From: Fistulifera solaris
Lineage: Eukaryota
DNA length: 64,000 nucleotides
Assembly: GCA_030295235.1 (NCBI GenBank)
Contig: AP026153.1
Coordinates: forward strand, 1 to 64,000
Direction of reading: 5' to 3'
Numbering within the stretch: position 1 is the stretch's first letter; every line of letters begins with the position of its first letter. A program made the position numbers and the translations under genes. Below the pieces are notes generated by a model. That model made no database searches and was not told where the DNA came from. It worked only from the letters and a program-made list of their open reading frames with translations. This document shows, piece by piece, positions 1 to 14,034 of the stretch.

Positions 1-312
1 CCTAACCCCTAACCCTAACCCTAACCCTAACCCTAACCCTAACCCTAACCCTAACCCTAACCCTAACCCTAACCCTAACCCTCAACCCTAACCCTAACCC
101 TAACCCTAACCCTAACCCTAACCCTAACCCTAACCCTAACCCTAACCCTAACCCTAACCCTAACCCTAACCCTAACCCTAACCCTAACCCTAACCCTAAC
201 CCTAACCCTAACCCTAACCCTAACCCTAACCCTAACCCTAACCCTAACCCTAACCCTAACCCTAACCCTAACCCTAACCCTAACCCTAACCCTAACCCCA
301 ACCCCAACCCTA
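1..312 (+). repeat. Telomeric repeat (CCCTAA)n / (TTAGGG)n, left chromosome end
   Basis: About 50 tandem CCCTAA units from base 1, with a few variants (CCCCTAA at the start, CCCTCAA near 80, CCCCAA x2 at the proximal junction about 296-307). Confidence 0.98.
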
Positions 313-547
313 AGAATAGAAAGAGATTTGGATGGCGGTGAAACCGTTTTTGTGTTGTCGTGGCATGTCGTTGTGTTGCGGATAGGGTTTCTTCATGGTC
401 GCGAAAAATAAGGGTTTGGAAGTTAGAGGAATTCAAAAGCTCCGAAAAGAGTGTTCGGTTCCGTTTTTGCATTGAGTGCCGGATTCCAAGATTCGTGTCT
501 CGAGGAGAAACGCGGCGACTTTTTCCGTCCATCCGATTGGTGAATTC

Positions 548-1923
548 ATGAAGATTCAGAAACGAAAGAGGGCAAACCACGTCAGGCGTTCTTCAGTGGT
601 TCTCGTTATACTCTCTGTGTCCCACTTGGTTCACGAACTGCTTACATTCAGATCTATAGTAGACAGCGATACATATAACCGTATCCTTACGAATACGAAT
701 GGAGATGTTAGAAAGAGTAGTCTAAAGAGTTTTTCCTTTCATTGCAGCAAAAGGACGTTGATAATGCAAGCAGGCAATCTCAAACAACAAAACTCCTTGA
801 AAACGATAACGTTGCTCTTACATGTCGGATTGCTGGAGGTAGCGAAGCGCAAACAAAACGAATAGTAATTCGTCTCGATGGATTGCAGACTGCAGAACAC
901 GGCGAGGCGTCTTTTGCGAAACTTCCGTTTTTAAAGGATGGTCGCAGATAAAGCTGTTGTGTATCAAATTAAATGCAGCAAAATCTTGGAAACTTTAAAG
1001 TGCTATTAACCGAACATCTCCTTGAATGAAAAGGACATTGATGACCTTTTAAGTTTTATGTTTAGCGAAGAAGAACGATTTCACGATGCAATCGGTCTGT
1101 TTGATGCAACGGCAAGTTGGCTTTTCTTATCGATTTCAAACAAGACGCATAGGATCATGACAGTCAAAACAAATCGTGTTGGATCATAGCAACTCTACTG
1201 CGCCGTCGAAGACACCTGGACTGGTATTTTGTGCACGACCACACGCGCAATGGATGAAGCAGGGAAGGAGAGGGGAAAGCTTCCATGTCTAATGCTCGCC
1301 ATCTCTATTCATTTCAAAGCATCATACTTGTTGAAGGATTGCCTTGGATACATTAGAAACGCGTGGCCTTTAAATGTCGTTCGCTGTTTAGCTCGCGGTC
1401 TGCCGGGCAACGAATATCGATTGGGCTGTCAACATCGCAATACTTGATGTACTGGTACGCTCGTAAGAGGATGACACAACAACCGATACGATCCGGTTTT
1501 AGTTAGGATTCCTCGGGAGAGCTTGGGAGATTTCGGAATGAACGACCACAATTCTCATGGCTCGGCGTCGTCTTTAATGACAGCTGGCTGGGACTCGTCC
1601 TCTGTACAGTTTTAATCTTGTCTCGATGTCATGGCAATGTTTCAAGTTTGACATTCTCGTAAATGTGACGGGCTGATCTCCTATTTTTGTGAGAATTGTC
1701 AAAGAGAGTGTTTGGGATCTGTAGAACGGACGACCAGAGTCGTAGTCGATATGTTAGAATGCGTGATGCTGAACAAACGAGCGGCAGTCACCTTGTTTGG
1801 CGTGGAAGGTATAGCCTGCCAAGCTTACGACTTTCAAACAAAAACGGTCTATTGGATCGGAAATGCGATGCAGGCTTTGTCTCGTTCGAAAGGCAGGTCG
1901 CCATTCTAGAGCAAATGACGTGA
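548..1923 (+). pseudogene. Possible decayed subtelomeric gene remnant
   Basis: A chain of short + strand ORF fragments (476-865, 1229-1447, 1712-1909) with Leu-rich, protein-like stretches, broken by many stops. No family recognised. Confidence 0.2.
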
Positions 1924-1988
1924 TAGAGGACTATGAAAACACAAAATGATGATTCACATGACTATTTTTTCTATATCATTGGTTTAAG

Positions 1989-3360
1989 TTACTTTGATCT
2001 CTTGTAAATCTTGTTGAGCAAGGTTTCAAAAACATCTCGTGGCAGATCAATCGCGTCGAGTGCTTTTTTGGATGCGCTGATACGAGTCTTCTTCATATTG
2101 GGCAAAGATATTTGGCAAGTCGAGCGTACGGTACAACTCCTTGACAGTTTCTACCTTTTGATCGTCCCACGCTCCGTAATTCTGACGCAATACATTCTTT
2201 TGCTCTTCATTGCAACGTTCCAATGCTTGTACGACCAACCAGGAGCATTTGTTGTCTTGAATATCCGTACCGACTTTTCCAATCACGGACGGATCACCGA
2301 AACAATCCAAATAATCATCTTGTACTTGAAAGTATTCTCCCATGGTCAATAAAATCTCTTTCGCCGCCTGATACGACGCTTCATCGGTATTCCCCGCCAA
2401 TATCATACCCAACGCCACCGGCAAATAGAACGAATAGAAGGCCGTCTTGTATTTGACTATGAGCTTATACCGCTGCATCGTAAAGCGATTCAAATCGACT
2501 TCATTTCCTTTGCGGTTGACTCGTCAAATCCAACAGTTGTCCTAGAAAAGGTTAAATAAATGCAAGAGCGTGAGATTGCACCTACTATAGTAAGCCTCAT
2601 CCATCACTCTACACAGTCCTTACCCAGCTCGGTTTGTTGTGTCGTTTGCAGCAACAATTCGAGCAATTCCGTATAATACGGTTCATTCCCGAAATGACGC
2701 TTGAGAATACAAAAGACCGCCGATTCTAAAAGAAACGAGTCATTGATGGCCACCAGATTGACGTGTTTGTTTTTATACCAACACGGCTGTCCCCGACGCG
2801 TTTGCGAATCATCCATGATATCATCCGCCACCAAAAAGAAGGCTTGTAAGAACTCGATGGTCCATCCCAAGACGGCCGCTTGCGCGTATTCGTGTTCGGA
2901 AATCGGTTTTCCCTGTTGGAGGGCCCGGTAGACGGCCAAGACGGTCGTGCCCCGATTGAGTTTGCCGCCGGGCACATTGTAATCGAGCATGTCACGGATC
3001 CACTGAACGGCTTCCGGAGTCATTTCATGTTCCGTCGCGAACCATTCGCAGAGTTCTTCCTGAAGCTGTGGATACAGGCAGAGAAATTTGTCCTTGTCGG
3101 ACGCCGCGGCCGCCAATTGTGCGAGTGGATACGCGTGCGGCGGCGGTGATTTCGTGACGGCAAAGCGCCGCGACGAAGGCGTCGTCGTTGTCGAAGCCAC
3201 AGCCGTTTTGCGCAGCCGCCAGAAGAAGCAATACAACCAGACCCGCCATCGGAAACGAAGAATAATAAGAATCGGAAGAACGAGGATACAGTTGAGCGAT
3301 AACGATTGCAGCGACTCCGATGGAAATGAATGAAAAAGTCGGATTGCTCGATAAAGACAT
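1989..3360 (-). CDS. FPPS: Farnesyl diphosphate synthase (trans-prenyltransferase), 2 exons, with N-terminal extension
   Basis: Motifs GGKLNRG, FARM FFLVADDIMDDSQTRRGQPCW, KYKTAFYSFYLP, SARM YFQVQDDYLD and GKVGTDIQDNKCSW. Intron 2542-2623 (GTAAG...TAG) joins TELG|QLLDL. Removing one base from each of three homopolymer runs (about 3206-3209, 2509-2511, 2064-2069) gives one ORF ending in the canonical ...KIYKRSK* (stop 1989). Confidence 0.95.
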
Positions 3361-4086
3361 GACTGTTGTGAATCATTGAGAATGAAAGGAATAAATAAAG
3401 GAGAGATAAAGAAGATGATGAGGGAAACGGTAACGAAATAATGTACAAGAGATCGGTGTTTCAGCAACAGAGCGAAACGATAACTCCAGAAAAGTATCTT
3501 CGTTCGTTCATCGAGCATGATTTGTTGTGATCGAAAAGATCATTCGATGTTTTCCTTCGCTTTTCTCTTATAAGCTTCTGCAAGGAATCGACTTACCGTC
3601 CAAGAAGATGGGTGTGTGAAAGGATTGAATCAAAACAATCGAATAGCAGGCCAATAAAGGTGAAAGGAACAACGACGTCGTGTTGACCGAAACGTCACAT
3701 GGTTGGATTTGTGCGGTGCTCTTGAAATCTCGTCCAATGATCCTTTTCAACGGAAATGGAATCCTAAATGGTATGGATTACTTACAAGTTAGTTGGCTGT
3801 TGTACGTCGGGCTAGCTAAATGTAGCCTATGTACGAAACGAGTGATAGGCGCTATTTTTTAAACACGGTTCGATCATCACTGCACAGTCACGAGTCGCAA
3901 GCATGAAAAACGAGTACCGTACCGGTACCGTAGTCTAACGAGAGCAGTTCTTTAGGAAAAGTCTTGATCTAGGTAGAAATTAGAGGCTATCTTAGCCGGC
4001 TGTTCTGCTTTGATTAACTCTATCTATTTGTTATCTATATAGATCAAATTTAACACACACACGTCCAAACCGTTCGTTGGCTTTGT

Positions 4087-7000
4087 TCATGCAGACGACG
4101 TCTCGTAGAGATCACTGACGGAGAAGACATCGGAAAAGCCGTCTATACCGGATGTCGCTTTACGATTCGGCAAGCAATAATCGAGTTCTTCTTCGGTGGT
4201 GACTCCCATCCACTGCGCGATTCCGTTCCACACCGCGTCCCAGCTGGTCGTCGGAATGAATCGCCCTCGTCCGACGTTCAAAGGTCCTTCCTCGGTCAAA
4301 TCGGAAGGATACTGACCCAAGATTCTTCCTCCTTTCACATTGCCTCCCATGATTGCATAATGTCCTCCCCAGCCATGGTCCGAACCACCGCCCGAGTTCG
4401 GTGTCAGTGTTCGTCCAAATTCCGACGCGACGACAATCGTCACGTCGTGCCAAACACCTTGGTGTTTCAGTTCCGTCACCAAGAGCTCCAAGGCGGCATT
4501 CAATTCAGTGAACTTCGTTTCCAATTCATAAGTCAAACCATCATGGTGATCCCAGTCATTCAACTCGGTATAAAACACATCGCGATCGACTCCGCGCACT
4601 GGCCGTGTTTTGATCATGGACGAAAGAGTGCGGAACTGGTAACCAAGATGACTCATCTCCCACGTCCAGTGATCCGCGAGAGGCGCCAATTCAATGTTTT
4701 CTTTGAAAAATTCAGCTTCGTGCATGCCATCCAAGAATCGGGCCGACCACGTTTGACCGAAAAATGAATCGGCGGAATCCGGTTTCGCGTTGAATTGTTT
4801 GGCGTAAGAAGTCAAGTCGAATGTCTCGGATTCGGGTTTCGTATCAAAACGACTGGCACCGTAAGGACTCATCACAATGGGGCGAGGAGATCGGTTGCGC
4901 TCTGGTACGACCGTAATAGATTCTATATCGAATGAAACCGAGGCTGCAATGTGACCTCGGTCTTGCAAAATAGTATTCATCCGACCGAGAATTCCGCTAC
5001 CAAACTTGGCCGCTTTCGGGTCGACTGTCTTTGTTTCCTGCTGCATCCAATTGTGAGCAAATAGTTGAAGGCGCGTCTTGGCCAAATAATTCACTTTGTC
5101 CATCCCGTCTACGTCGTAAAGCACGCCCGCATTCGCAACAAACGCCAAATCACCCTCATCGTAAAGAGATTTGTACAGCGGTAGCGCCTTATGGAGAGTA
5201 AATGTTGAACAAGGCTGATCGGTGGCGGATATTTGCAAAGATCGCTCGTCGGGAGATATGGCCAGCTCTCCTCGCACTTCATTGTACTGCTGATCCAAAA
5301 AGACGCCAGCGCTACTTGCGGCAGTGCAAACTTGAGGAACTAGCATGTTGAAGGAATCGCAACCGCCGTTGAGCATGACGTAAATGACAGCCTTGTAAGG
5401 CTTGGTATTTTCTGTCGGTAAAGGAGGAGGCGCAACAGCTCCTCCACTATTCTGCGACAAGGTTGTTGTATGAAACTCTGGTGTCGTAGCATCATCTGCC
5501 CGACTGTCATAATGCCATCGGACCTCGACACAAGTGAATTGAAGACGTCTATCATAATCTTTCGCTTTTGAGCATCCAGTCTACCCGCAGTCAGTAAAAG
5601 CGCAAGCGTGTCAACAACCTGGGTGGCGGTCAACGAGTCACCCAACTTCAAAGCGAGGTAACCAAAAGAGTTTGAGTAATCGCCTTTGCTCGGCTCGACG
5701 CTTCTCGGGTAGCCAAATCCTCCGTAGTAAGAATTCAACCCATATTTGAAAAGACTCAGCAACGCATTCGTCAATGTTATGGACTTGGGTCCGTCGGATA
5801 TTTGGCACTCTGGGCAATAGAGGCCAGCATCGCCAACTGGTCCAGCGGGGTTGTATTCGGGTTTAAAGTACGAAAAGACGCTGAGCTGCGCGTGAGGTTG
5901 TTGTGCCAACGCAGATGGGAAGTATGTCAGGAATCGAATGTAAGGAGAATCGGAAGATGGTTTGAACTCCAACGATCTCATGGCGCGAACGTAACGGAGG
6001 AACGGCTCGTGCAGAGAGCCATGTAGAGGATCGGCATCCAAGACAGTTGCTCGAGACTCCCGGTCCAAAAGAATGGCAGCTATCATTGCAAACATGTCGC
6101 CGTACTTCCCGCTTCCGAGCGATGTTGCACCTGCTTTATAAATCCCTGTGCGGAATGCTTTGGCAACGGTTGATATCATACGAGGAGACGGATTCGACTG
6201 CCCGAAACGCTGGAGCATTCTGGAGGCTAGGAAGGGCGCAACGTTGGGATGATACTGAATGGATACCAGAGGAAACTGCGTTAGTCATGTTGACGGCAAA
6301 GAGTCGAAATGAACCTCACGGTATTTATATTTCGTCATACTTACGAAATAATGATCCAAACCAGCATCTGTCTCATAGAAAGCATCGCGGAGCTCAGGGA
6401 AAGCGAGCGCAATGAAGTGAGGCGGGTTACGAAATGAAAGCTCACCCGAACCGACTTTCACAATGGACTTGACATTCTTTCGAAAATGAGTTACGCCATT
6501 CTCGTCTGTCACCTCAAAGATGGACTTGGACGAAAAAAGGCCATCCGTCGAATGCATAAAAACGCCACCGCCAAGATCCTTTACACTATAACTTTCCGAT
6601 AGAATGTCCGGCGAGAAAGAACCGATCGACAATTGACGAAGAACTTGGATCATTGACGGAGCACTGGCGAAAACTGGTGTCTCGGCAATTATAGAGACGG
6701 GACAAAAGCAGATATTTTCCATTGAATCAAGTTTGCATCCCATCGAGACGCATTCGGTATCGTACGAGCTCAAAAGCGAATCCAAAGGCCCTTGCCAGTC
6801 GACGCGAAAAAATGTCTTTGTGTCCTTTCTGACATTGTAGTACACATCTTTGCCTACATTGCGTCTGCCATCGACGATTTCATGAACGAGACCAATTTTG
6901 CCGTCACGATGAATCTTTACGGCCAAATCGCAGGGGTGAGTAGTCCAGTATCCAAGTTGTTCATTGCAATCGTCACAGTCCCACCATGGGACTTCGCACA

Positions 7001-10000
7001 GAGACAAGCCATTGGCCTCGCACCTCTCGACAGCACTGTCAAACGTCAATTTCTCTCCGTCAAACTTGACAAGGTCGATATTAGCCGCAAGAGACCCCCC
7101 TCCGACACGTATATCCAAACAACTTGTAATCCACCGTCGATCAGGTACTTCGGGACAGCAAGCAAGCGATCCTGCCGCCGTGCGTCGATCAGCACAATAA
7201 CCCCATCCCCATTGATTGGTCATCATTACTGGATTGTTGTAAAACGCCTGCTCGACACAGGGCAAGCGTGTATACTCGTAAAACACGTCATTAACTCCGA
7301 CGATACGGGGCTCATCAATTTCGCACTCGATTCCTGTGCAGGCGAAGTTTGCTTCCAACACTACTTTTACCGGGTACGTGCACTTTCCATCCGATGCTTT
7401 ACAGAGAGCGTTGTATAGGTGTGAGCTTTTGTCCAACGAGAGGCGCTTTTTCGCATCAGAGTCAGTCCAACTTTCAGGTTCGTACAAAAGACGGGGTTTG
7501 GGTTTGGGTCCCAGCAAGCGGTAGGTCGCTCCGCGTTTCAGAAAATGCTGCTTCGGCAAGTCCGCGCACAATGGATATCCGTCTCCTACGTAAACGCGAT
7601 TTAATCCCATCTGTACGTTATCTGTTGAGAGTCATGTTTGCGAACTGTAAATAGAACGCGTAGGCTATGATGACTCACCTTTGGCAAACTGTCGCGGGCT
7701 TCAATCCTAATCAGCATTGGATCAACAAGACTGCCCGTCCATTCCGACGGGAAGTCCTCGACGTTATTTCGACGAGGCCTTCGATCTAACCCCGTCCACA
7801 TTCTGGCATATTCCATGATATCGTCGTTCGTGTAAGTCAACGTTGGGCGAGCTTTCTCATCCAGTATCAGGGTGCCATCATGGTCAAGTTGGTGTACTCC
7901 GGTGGACATGAGCTGGAGCACCTCTCGAGAAAAGTTCTCATCACTAAATTCAAATCTCTGACTATAGTGATAGACGAGAGCTGTAGATTCACTCCCGAGA
8001 AAGCTTAGCATCTCCGCCATTGCTGGTGAAAAGGACACTTCCTTGAGAATGTCGCGGTAGTTTCCAAAGGCGTGTCTTACTAAAATGTCGTAGAACGTAA
8101 GAAACACTTCGTTGGTGTACCACGATTCAACGGAGAATGGAGACACAACCAGAATTTGACTCAAGGCCCAAGCGATTCGCTGTCTCAGCTGATCTTTACT
8201 TCTCAACGCAATGTCCATCCATATCATCAAATTCTGCTCCAAAAGCTTCGACTCGGATGTTGTTTGCTTTTCGTACGTGACAATATCAAACGCGCCTTCC
8301 AGTAAGGAGCCAGCCAAATTGGGATCATTGGCGACTTCAAAGGGACTTCCACAAAGCAACGCCATCCCCCCTTCTATAGACACGGATTGCGGAACTTCAA
8401 ACGCCGGATGGTCTGTGACGGTGTCACCGAGCCGTCCCACACTCATCAGTTGCGTCGAATACGTGTCCCATCGATCCATTGTGTGTCCCTCTGGAAATGA
8501 CAACATGGAGCTACCGCTCAAAGCGAATTGTTCAATCGCAGAAGATCCCCCGGGATGTTCCTTGGCCCAGGATGAGAAATCATAGACCTGCCAATGATCC
8601 GGATGGACATTCCGATAACATACGTCATTTACCAGAATCTTGTAATTCGATTTGTCCACATCGCTCGCGTCGCACGCTGCAAATGGCATAAACACATCCA
8701 ACAAGAAAGGATTGCTTTGCTGTTCCTTGGCTTGTCCCAGCAATGATTGGAGATACGAACGCGTCGTGTCCATAATCGTCGTTTCGGTACAATCTTCCTC
8801 CACGACGAACCACCGAGAAAACGTTTCCGGTTGGCAAGGCGGCTTCCAAGGACCCCACAATCCATCCACGGCGTACATGAGTTTACCCGTCTCTTCGTAA
8901 ATGAGTTGCAATGTGGTCCAGTTCAATTGCACTGTGGAAGGCAGCTCCGAGACGCCAATGGTCGTATTGCAGGGAATCGTTTTTCCCAGCACACAATAAT
9001 CTTCGTTGAGAAACGTCGGCGGAGCCGTGGAACAGACTTCGTTGGTTGGATTCTCCAGGGTATTTTCTCGTAACACAAACCGCGGATCGTGCAGCCAATA
9101 CTTTCCATCAAACACTCCAAACACGTGACTGTCCGTCGCAATCTCCGTACATTGTGTCAATGGGACTGTCACGAGAAGTGATTCCGTTCCATTGTGATAT
9201 TGCGTATCGACCGCTTTCGCTCGCTTCTGCAAGTTGACAATGGTCACGGACGAAACACTCCCCGCATCGAGCGAAATGGCCGGATTGCCCAAATAGTGAT
9301 CATCGGCATACAAATCCCAACAATTTCCATTCATCTCCAGTCGCAACTTTCCTCCCGTCCATGTTTCGACTTCATCGCAAATGAGGAACCTGTAAAAGGT
9401 TTATGAGTGCTTTCACAAAATAACAACAAGCCGCGTTTCGAAACTTACATTCCATCCCATAACGCTTCCGGTGAGCTCGCCGCATCTTCGGAATTTTCGA
9501 CGGACAAGGTCGTCGCATTCACGACCGTACGTATTTTACCATCCACCAACAAGACTTTTTGCGACGACGACGACGTTCGAATTTCGAGCATACTCCCTTG
9601 ATCTTTATCACTGATCGCCGCCTTCCGATACCGTGTTCCGGCTTGACACGGATGAGTGACACGCCCCACTAACGTATTGCCGTTGGCCGGATACCGATGA
9701 TTGACGCGTTTCCGGAATTCGGCGCGATGCGACGTAACAGGCAATGCTACTTGTTGTTGAATCCAGTGCGCCAAAGCTTCCGTGGAAACATTTTTGCCGA
9801 ACGCATGAATTTCCTCGAGACGCGGTCCGAATGTCGTCTGTTCGAGAAATCGTGCCGCTGTTTCCTCGTGAGTATATTCTTTGGGTGTATACGCCATCAA
9901 TTCGTAACGTTCGGTATCGGTAGTTTCCGGTAATGTCGTTTGACAAAGTTGTTCATTGCATCGAAATTGTTGACGCGCATGTGAGCCACTGTAGGCTTCC

Positions 10001-10263
10001 CAATGCTTTCCTTGATACGAACGAGCGACGGGTACACGCGCTCCGTTGGTAGTAATTCGCCAGAGCAAACAAACGTCGAACGAAGGAACGAGCAGAAGTT
10101 CTTTTGTCGTATTCGTCAAGACAATCGCTTCCTCTGTCGAACATGTATAGGGAACTTCAGTAGCGCGAGCGGAAGGAACTCGTGTGAATTGAAAGAGAAG
10201 AATGACGAAAAAAGGCAAGAAATGACAAAACATGATCGAAGGAATCAGACGTCTCGATAGCAT
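4087..10263 (-). CDS. Secreted DUF1800-DUF1501 fusion protein, copy A
   Basis: Hydrophobic N-terminus (MLSRRLIPSIMFCHFLPFFVILLF). DUF1800 motifs AARFLEQTTFGP, DQLRQRIAWALSQILVVS, HAFGNYRDILKEV, DENFSREVLQL, YTNDDIMEYAR, SNPSP, GDMFAMIAAILLDRESR. DUF1501 motifs MLNGGCDSFN, LFAHN, WDHH, SEFGRTL, GSDHGWGG, GRFIPTTSWD. Introns 9390-9448, 7611-7678, 6255-6344. One 1-nt frameshift near 5488. Confidence 0.85.
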
Positions 10264-11346
10264 TGTTTCGAATAACTTATTGTTGCATTGATCCGACGAA
10301 AAGAAAGCGCTGTGTGTCTCTTTATCTCGTTGCGTTTCCTCGCTACGATTTGAATCAGTCGACGATGGATCGTTTACAAGCTGCTTTTCGTAATTTAACA
10401 AGCTACAATTGTTGATTGTTGTTACAATGATGTACTTGGGAAACGAGAGGTGCACGTTGTTGTTGTTTGTTGCGTTCGTTTATTGAATGGAAGAAGGACA
10501 TGCTTCATTCATTCGTTCGAAAGTTCCGCCTACCAAACAGCACACAGTAAAAGGGTCCAATGCGAACGAGATGCGGCATTGGGCGCGGAGTCGCGACACG
10601 AGACTGTACTCTTCGATCTATAGCGGAATTTAAGACTTATTGCATTCGCTACTGGTCGACAATTTACTCTTACAATTCCGTAACGGCTCGTAACGTCAAC
10701 TGACAGAGCGGTGCTGCGCGCGACCCGTCTTTTGCTAGAGCCAGAGAGAGAGTTAAGAGATAGCTTTCGGTATAAAATGATGCTCTTTGGCTCCGTCGTA
10801 GACAACTACGAGTCAAGGTGAAGAAGAAAGTTGTTAGTCGTTTCATGAGGAGTCTCGCAAGGCGAAGCTACGCTAGAGCTAAACGCATTGAACGGCCAAA
10901 TTGGTGAGTGACGTGATTTTTCGAAAATTAGTCTACGTTACTTATTCTAAGAACCCATCTAAAGCAATAACATCGATCTATTCCTAAATAACCTCATGCT
11001 AAGAATCGTTTCAATGTACTGGTAGATAATTGGTGTTCATTCGAAACAAAAGTGCGGGGAAAAAACTGCCGGGACTGAAATGGATTGAGTCGTTTCCAAA
11101 AAGGTCACATACAATTTGAACGATAGTATCATTATTACTATAGCGTAGACTGTTGTCTTACGTAGTATTGTTCTCGATGATTTAACTCGAACCCCTGCGA
11201 AATTTCGACCGATGCATTTCATGGTCAGGCTGCTTTTTTCATTGCAAAAGGCATTTTGCGAGATCCTTTATTATTCATTCTTCTAAAGATTATCATCTAT
11301 TCCTTCATAAAGCTACTCAATTTGCTATCCTTCATATATATTTCTG

Positions 11347-12488
11347 CTAATCTGATCCTCCGGTAGCCGTCATTTCTCCCGGATACAACTGCTCTTCCAT
11401 ATTTCGACGACTACGACGACTCCTATTATTATTCCGCGTCAAACGACAATCTTCCAAACAATGTCCTTCTCCGCAACACGTGGAAACGCATTTTTCGTTG
11501 CTATTAGGGCAATCCGCATTCGAAGTACATGCTGTTAAATCCTCACAAAACGCGTCACGCCAACACAAGGAATCGCCCGCGACATCGACGTCGCAAATGC
11601 AACGAAAGCCACCGACGGAGGGATATTCGGAGCACAGAGGGACGGGGACGGAGCACGTCCAGTCTTCCGTGGTAGCTTCACACGTCACTTCGACAGTATT
11701 GCTACAACGCACACCGGGATTTCCTGGACCGGGATCGGAGCCGTCCTCCAACGAACAAATCGGATAGTCGGTGGGGCACTAATTTGAGAAGAAAAACGAA
11801 GTTGTCAGTCTCCGTCGAATGGATGCAACAACACAACAACTTACTCCTTCATCCGCGTCATCACGACTCGTATCAAAGCAATTCGCCACACAGACTGTAC
11901 CGGAGTCCACAACGCCGGACTCTCACCGGCGTCATTCACACAGACGGGGGCCGTCGGAGAACATCCATCATCAATATCACTCGGATCGGTATCCGCCGCA
12001 ATCGAATTGTAACAGACTGCACACGCCTTGCCTTCGACATTGGCGGAAAGTTGTCGTGTGTCACCGACACACACACGGGCGGTCGCATTGCAACCATCAT
12101 CGATACCAACTTGATTCACATCGTTCGGTTGTTGCGAATTGATGCAGTACGCACAATGATGTCCGAGATTGCCACGAATGACTTCGCCACCGTTGGCAGT
12201 CACACAAACGGGATATGTGACATTGCAGCCTTCATCGATATCACCGCGTCCCAAATCGCGGCAAGTCGCGGCCGTTTCGACCAAATCTGTACAAAGCGTC
12301 GTTCCGGCGGGACATTGACCCGTTTGCGCGTTCGTGTTGTAGCAGATGCCACCCAATGGACCTTGACATTGCGTTCCTGGACTGTTGGAATGACATTCCG
12401 AACAAGCGTCCTGCAATGCACGAGGTTGATGCATTTGCGCAGCCACTATCGCGAGGTCCACCAAGAAGAAGATACGACCAAGATGCAT
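11347..12488 (-). CDS. Secreted Cys-rich repeat protein, paralogue 1
   Basis: Signal-like MHLGRIFFLVDLAIVAAQ followed by an RAL (RXL) motif and an extra Cys module; four D-x-G-C...P-x-C-V repeats; intron 11779-11844; C-terminal CxCDVD...CTSNADCP...TCCG..C domain. One 1-nt frameshift near 11900. Confidence 0.8.
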
Positions 12489-12985
12489 CCTGATTCGAGA
12501 GAGATGAAGAGGAAACAAAGGCTGAGTTTGACAAACAACGATCCGGCAACGATCAGAGTGCAAATAGTGATTGAAAATATGTTCCGCGAGATGTTTATTT
12601 GAAAGAATAGCTAGGGATATTTTCATACTTTTTGTGAGACCGGATACGCGAACCAAAGATTTGAGAAGCAGTTCACGTTTTTGATGAATACGTCCAACAT
12701 CACTTGCAGCAATGAGATCACCCTTCCGAATTATTGGAAAGTCAACAATTTCGTGAATTCCGCACTGATGTAAAGAGTGGGCGTACCCGATGGAGTTACG
12801 TACCAATGAATGTGTTCGCGTGTTATCATTGATCAAGCAGCATAAGTTTTGACATCACGCTATGACATTGTGCCAAAATTTATGTTAAATCATCGCTCAA
12901 ATGAGAACGTCAAAAGAAAGAGTGGATTACAATTTTCACATTGTCAGCGGGGCTCCAATTGACGTTTTCAAAACAAATCACAAGG

Positions 12986-14034
12986 ATGCATGAATTTGGA
13001 GCTATGTTTTTCCTGGGGGTGTTCCTAAATACTGTCTTGGCTCAGAGGCGAGGATCTCATGGTGAGGTACAAACGTGTCGAAATGTGGAAAGCTTCGGTG
13101 ATATTGATGAAGGATGCAGTGCCACGACCCCCTTCTGTGTCGATGCAAAAGGTTTCGCAGTGACGGACGGTAATTCCGGAGACCATTGTGTGTATTGCAT
13201 CAATTTATCTCAACCAAATGGCAAAGATCAAGTTGGAGTTGACGAAGGCTGCGACGATGTAAAACGCGTGTGCACGAGCGACCGGAAGCTGAAGAAGTTG
13301 TACGAGGGTGGCACCATGTGCGCTGTGTGTGTCAACACGGTTCCGTCCGACTAGAATCCCAACAAGTTTGATGATGGTTGTCCTCCATTCGCTCCCGTAT
13401 GTGTGGACGATGGGAATAGGAGGCCTAAGCCATGGAGAGCGGGGACGGCCTGTGTTGCCCAGTGCGTCGACACGAGTGTCGATGGAAAGGATCAGGGGGT
13501 AGGTTTGTTGCTCTTCTGTTCATTAGTTGTGCTGGTTTTTCTTGTATTCTCACACACGGAGTGTCTGGTCTTGAAATTATTCAACAACAGTGTCCCGATC
13601 GCTACCCAACTTGCACGACGCCAGACGGATCGGATCCAGGTCTCGGAAATCCTGGAACCAAATGTGCGTGTACTTCAACTTCCTGTAACGATGAAGATTC
13701 GTGCACGCGCGAGACGTGTCATCCCGAACGTGGTTGTTTGTATAGTTCGGTCTTTCCTTGTTTGGAACCTTACGAGGAAACCTGTGAAGTAGCTACGGAA
13801 TGGACGTGCGAAGAACCTGTTACGATATGCACACAATATTTCATTGACGGGGGTTTTCGTTGCCGGTGTCAGTTGGATGTCGAAGGGACTCCGGTGTGTA
13901 CGCGACATGATCGTTGTCTGATTTTACGTGAATGCACGACAAATGCTGATTGTGGTCCCCGAAGCAAATGCGCTTCCACATGTTGTACCGGCAACAACAG
14001 TCTAAGATGCGTGGAAGATTGTGCTTTGACTTAG
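12986..14034 (+). pseudogene. Secreted Cys-rich repeat protein, paralogue 2 (inverted, in-frame stop)
   Basis: Same architecture and intron position (13499-13590) as the other paralogues, but an in-frame TAG at 13352-13354 (PSD*NPNKFDDGCPP) interrupts repeat 3. Confidence 0.7.

Noticed and set aside
2..580. 192-aa ORF with LG and VR dipeptide repeats
   Set aside because: It is a translation of the telomeric repeat, not a gene.
7085..7150. About 17 extra residues in copy A (EVPDRRWITSCLDIRVGGGSLA) as a possible cryptic intron
   Set aside because: It is in frame and no convincing splice pair is visible; treated as a loop insertion.
4087..10263. Bacterial contamination as the source of the DUF1800/DUF1501 genes
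   Set aside because: The genes have conserved GT-AG introns and ER-type signal peptides and are contiguous with a telomere and eukaryotic genes.
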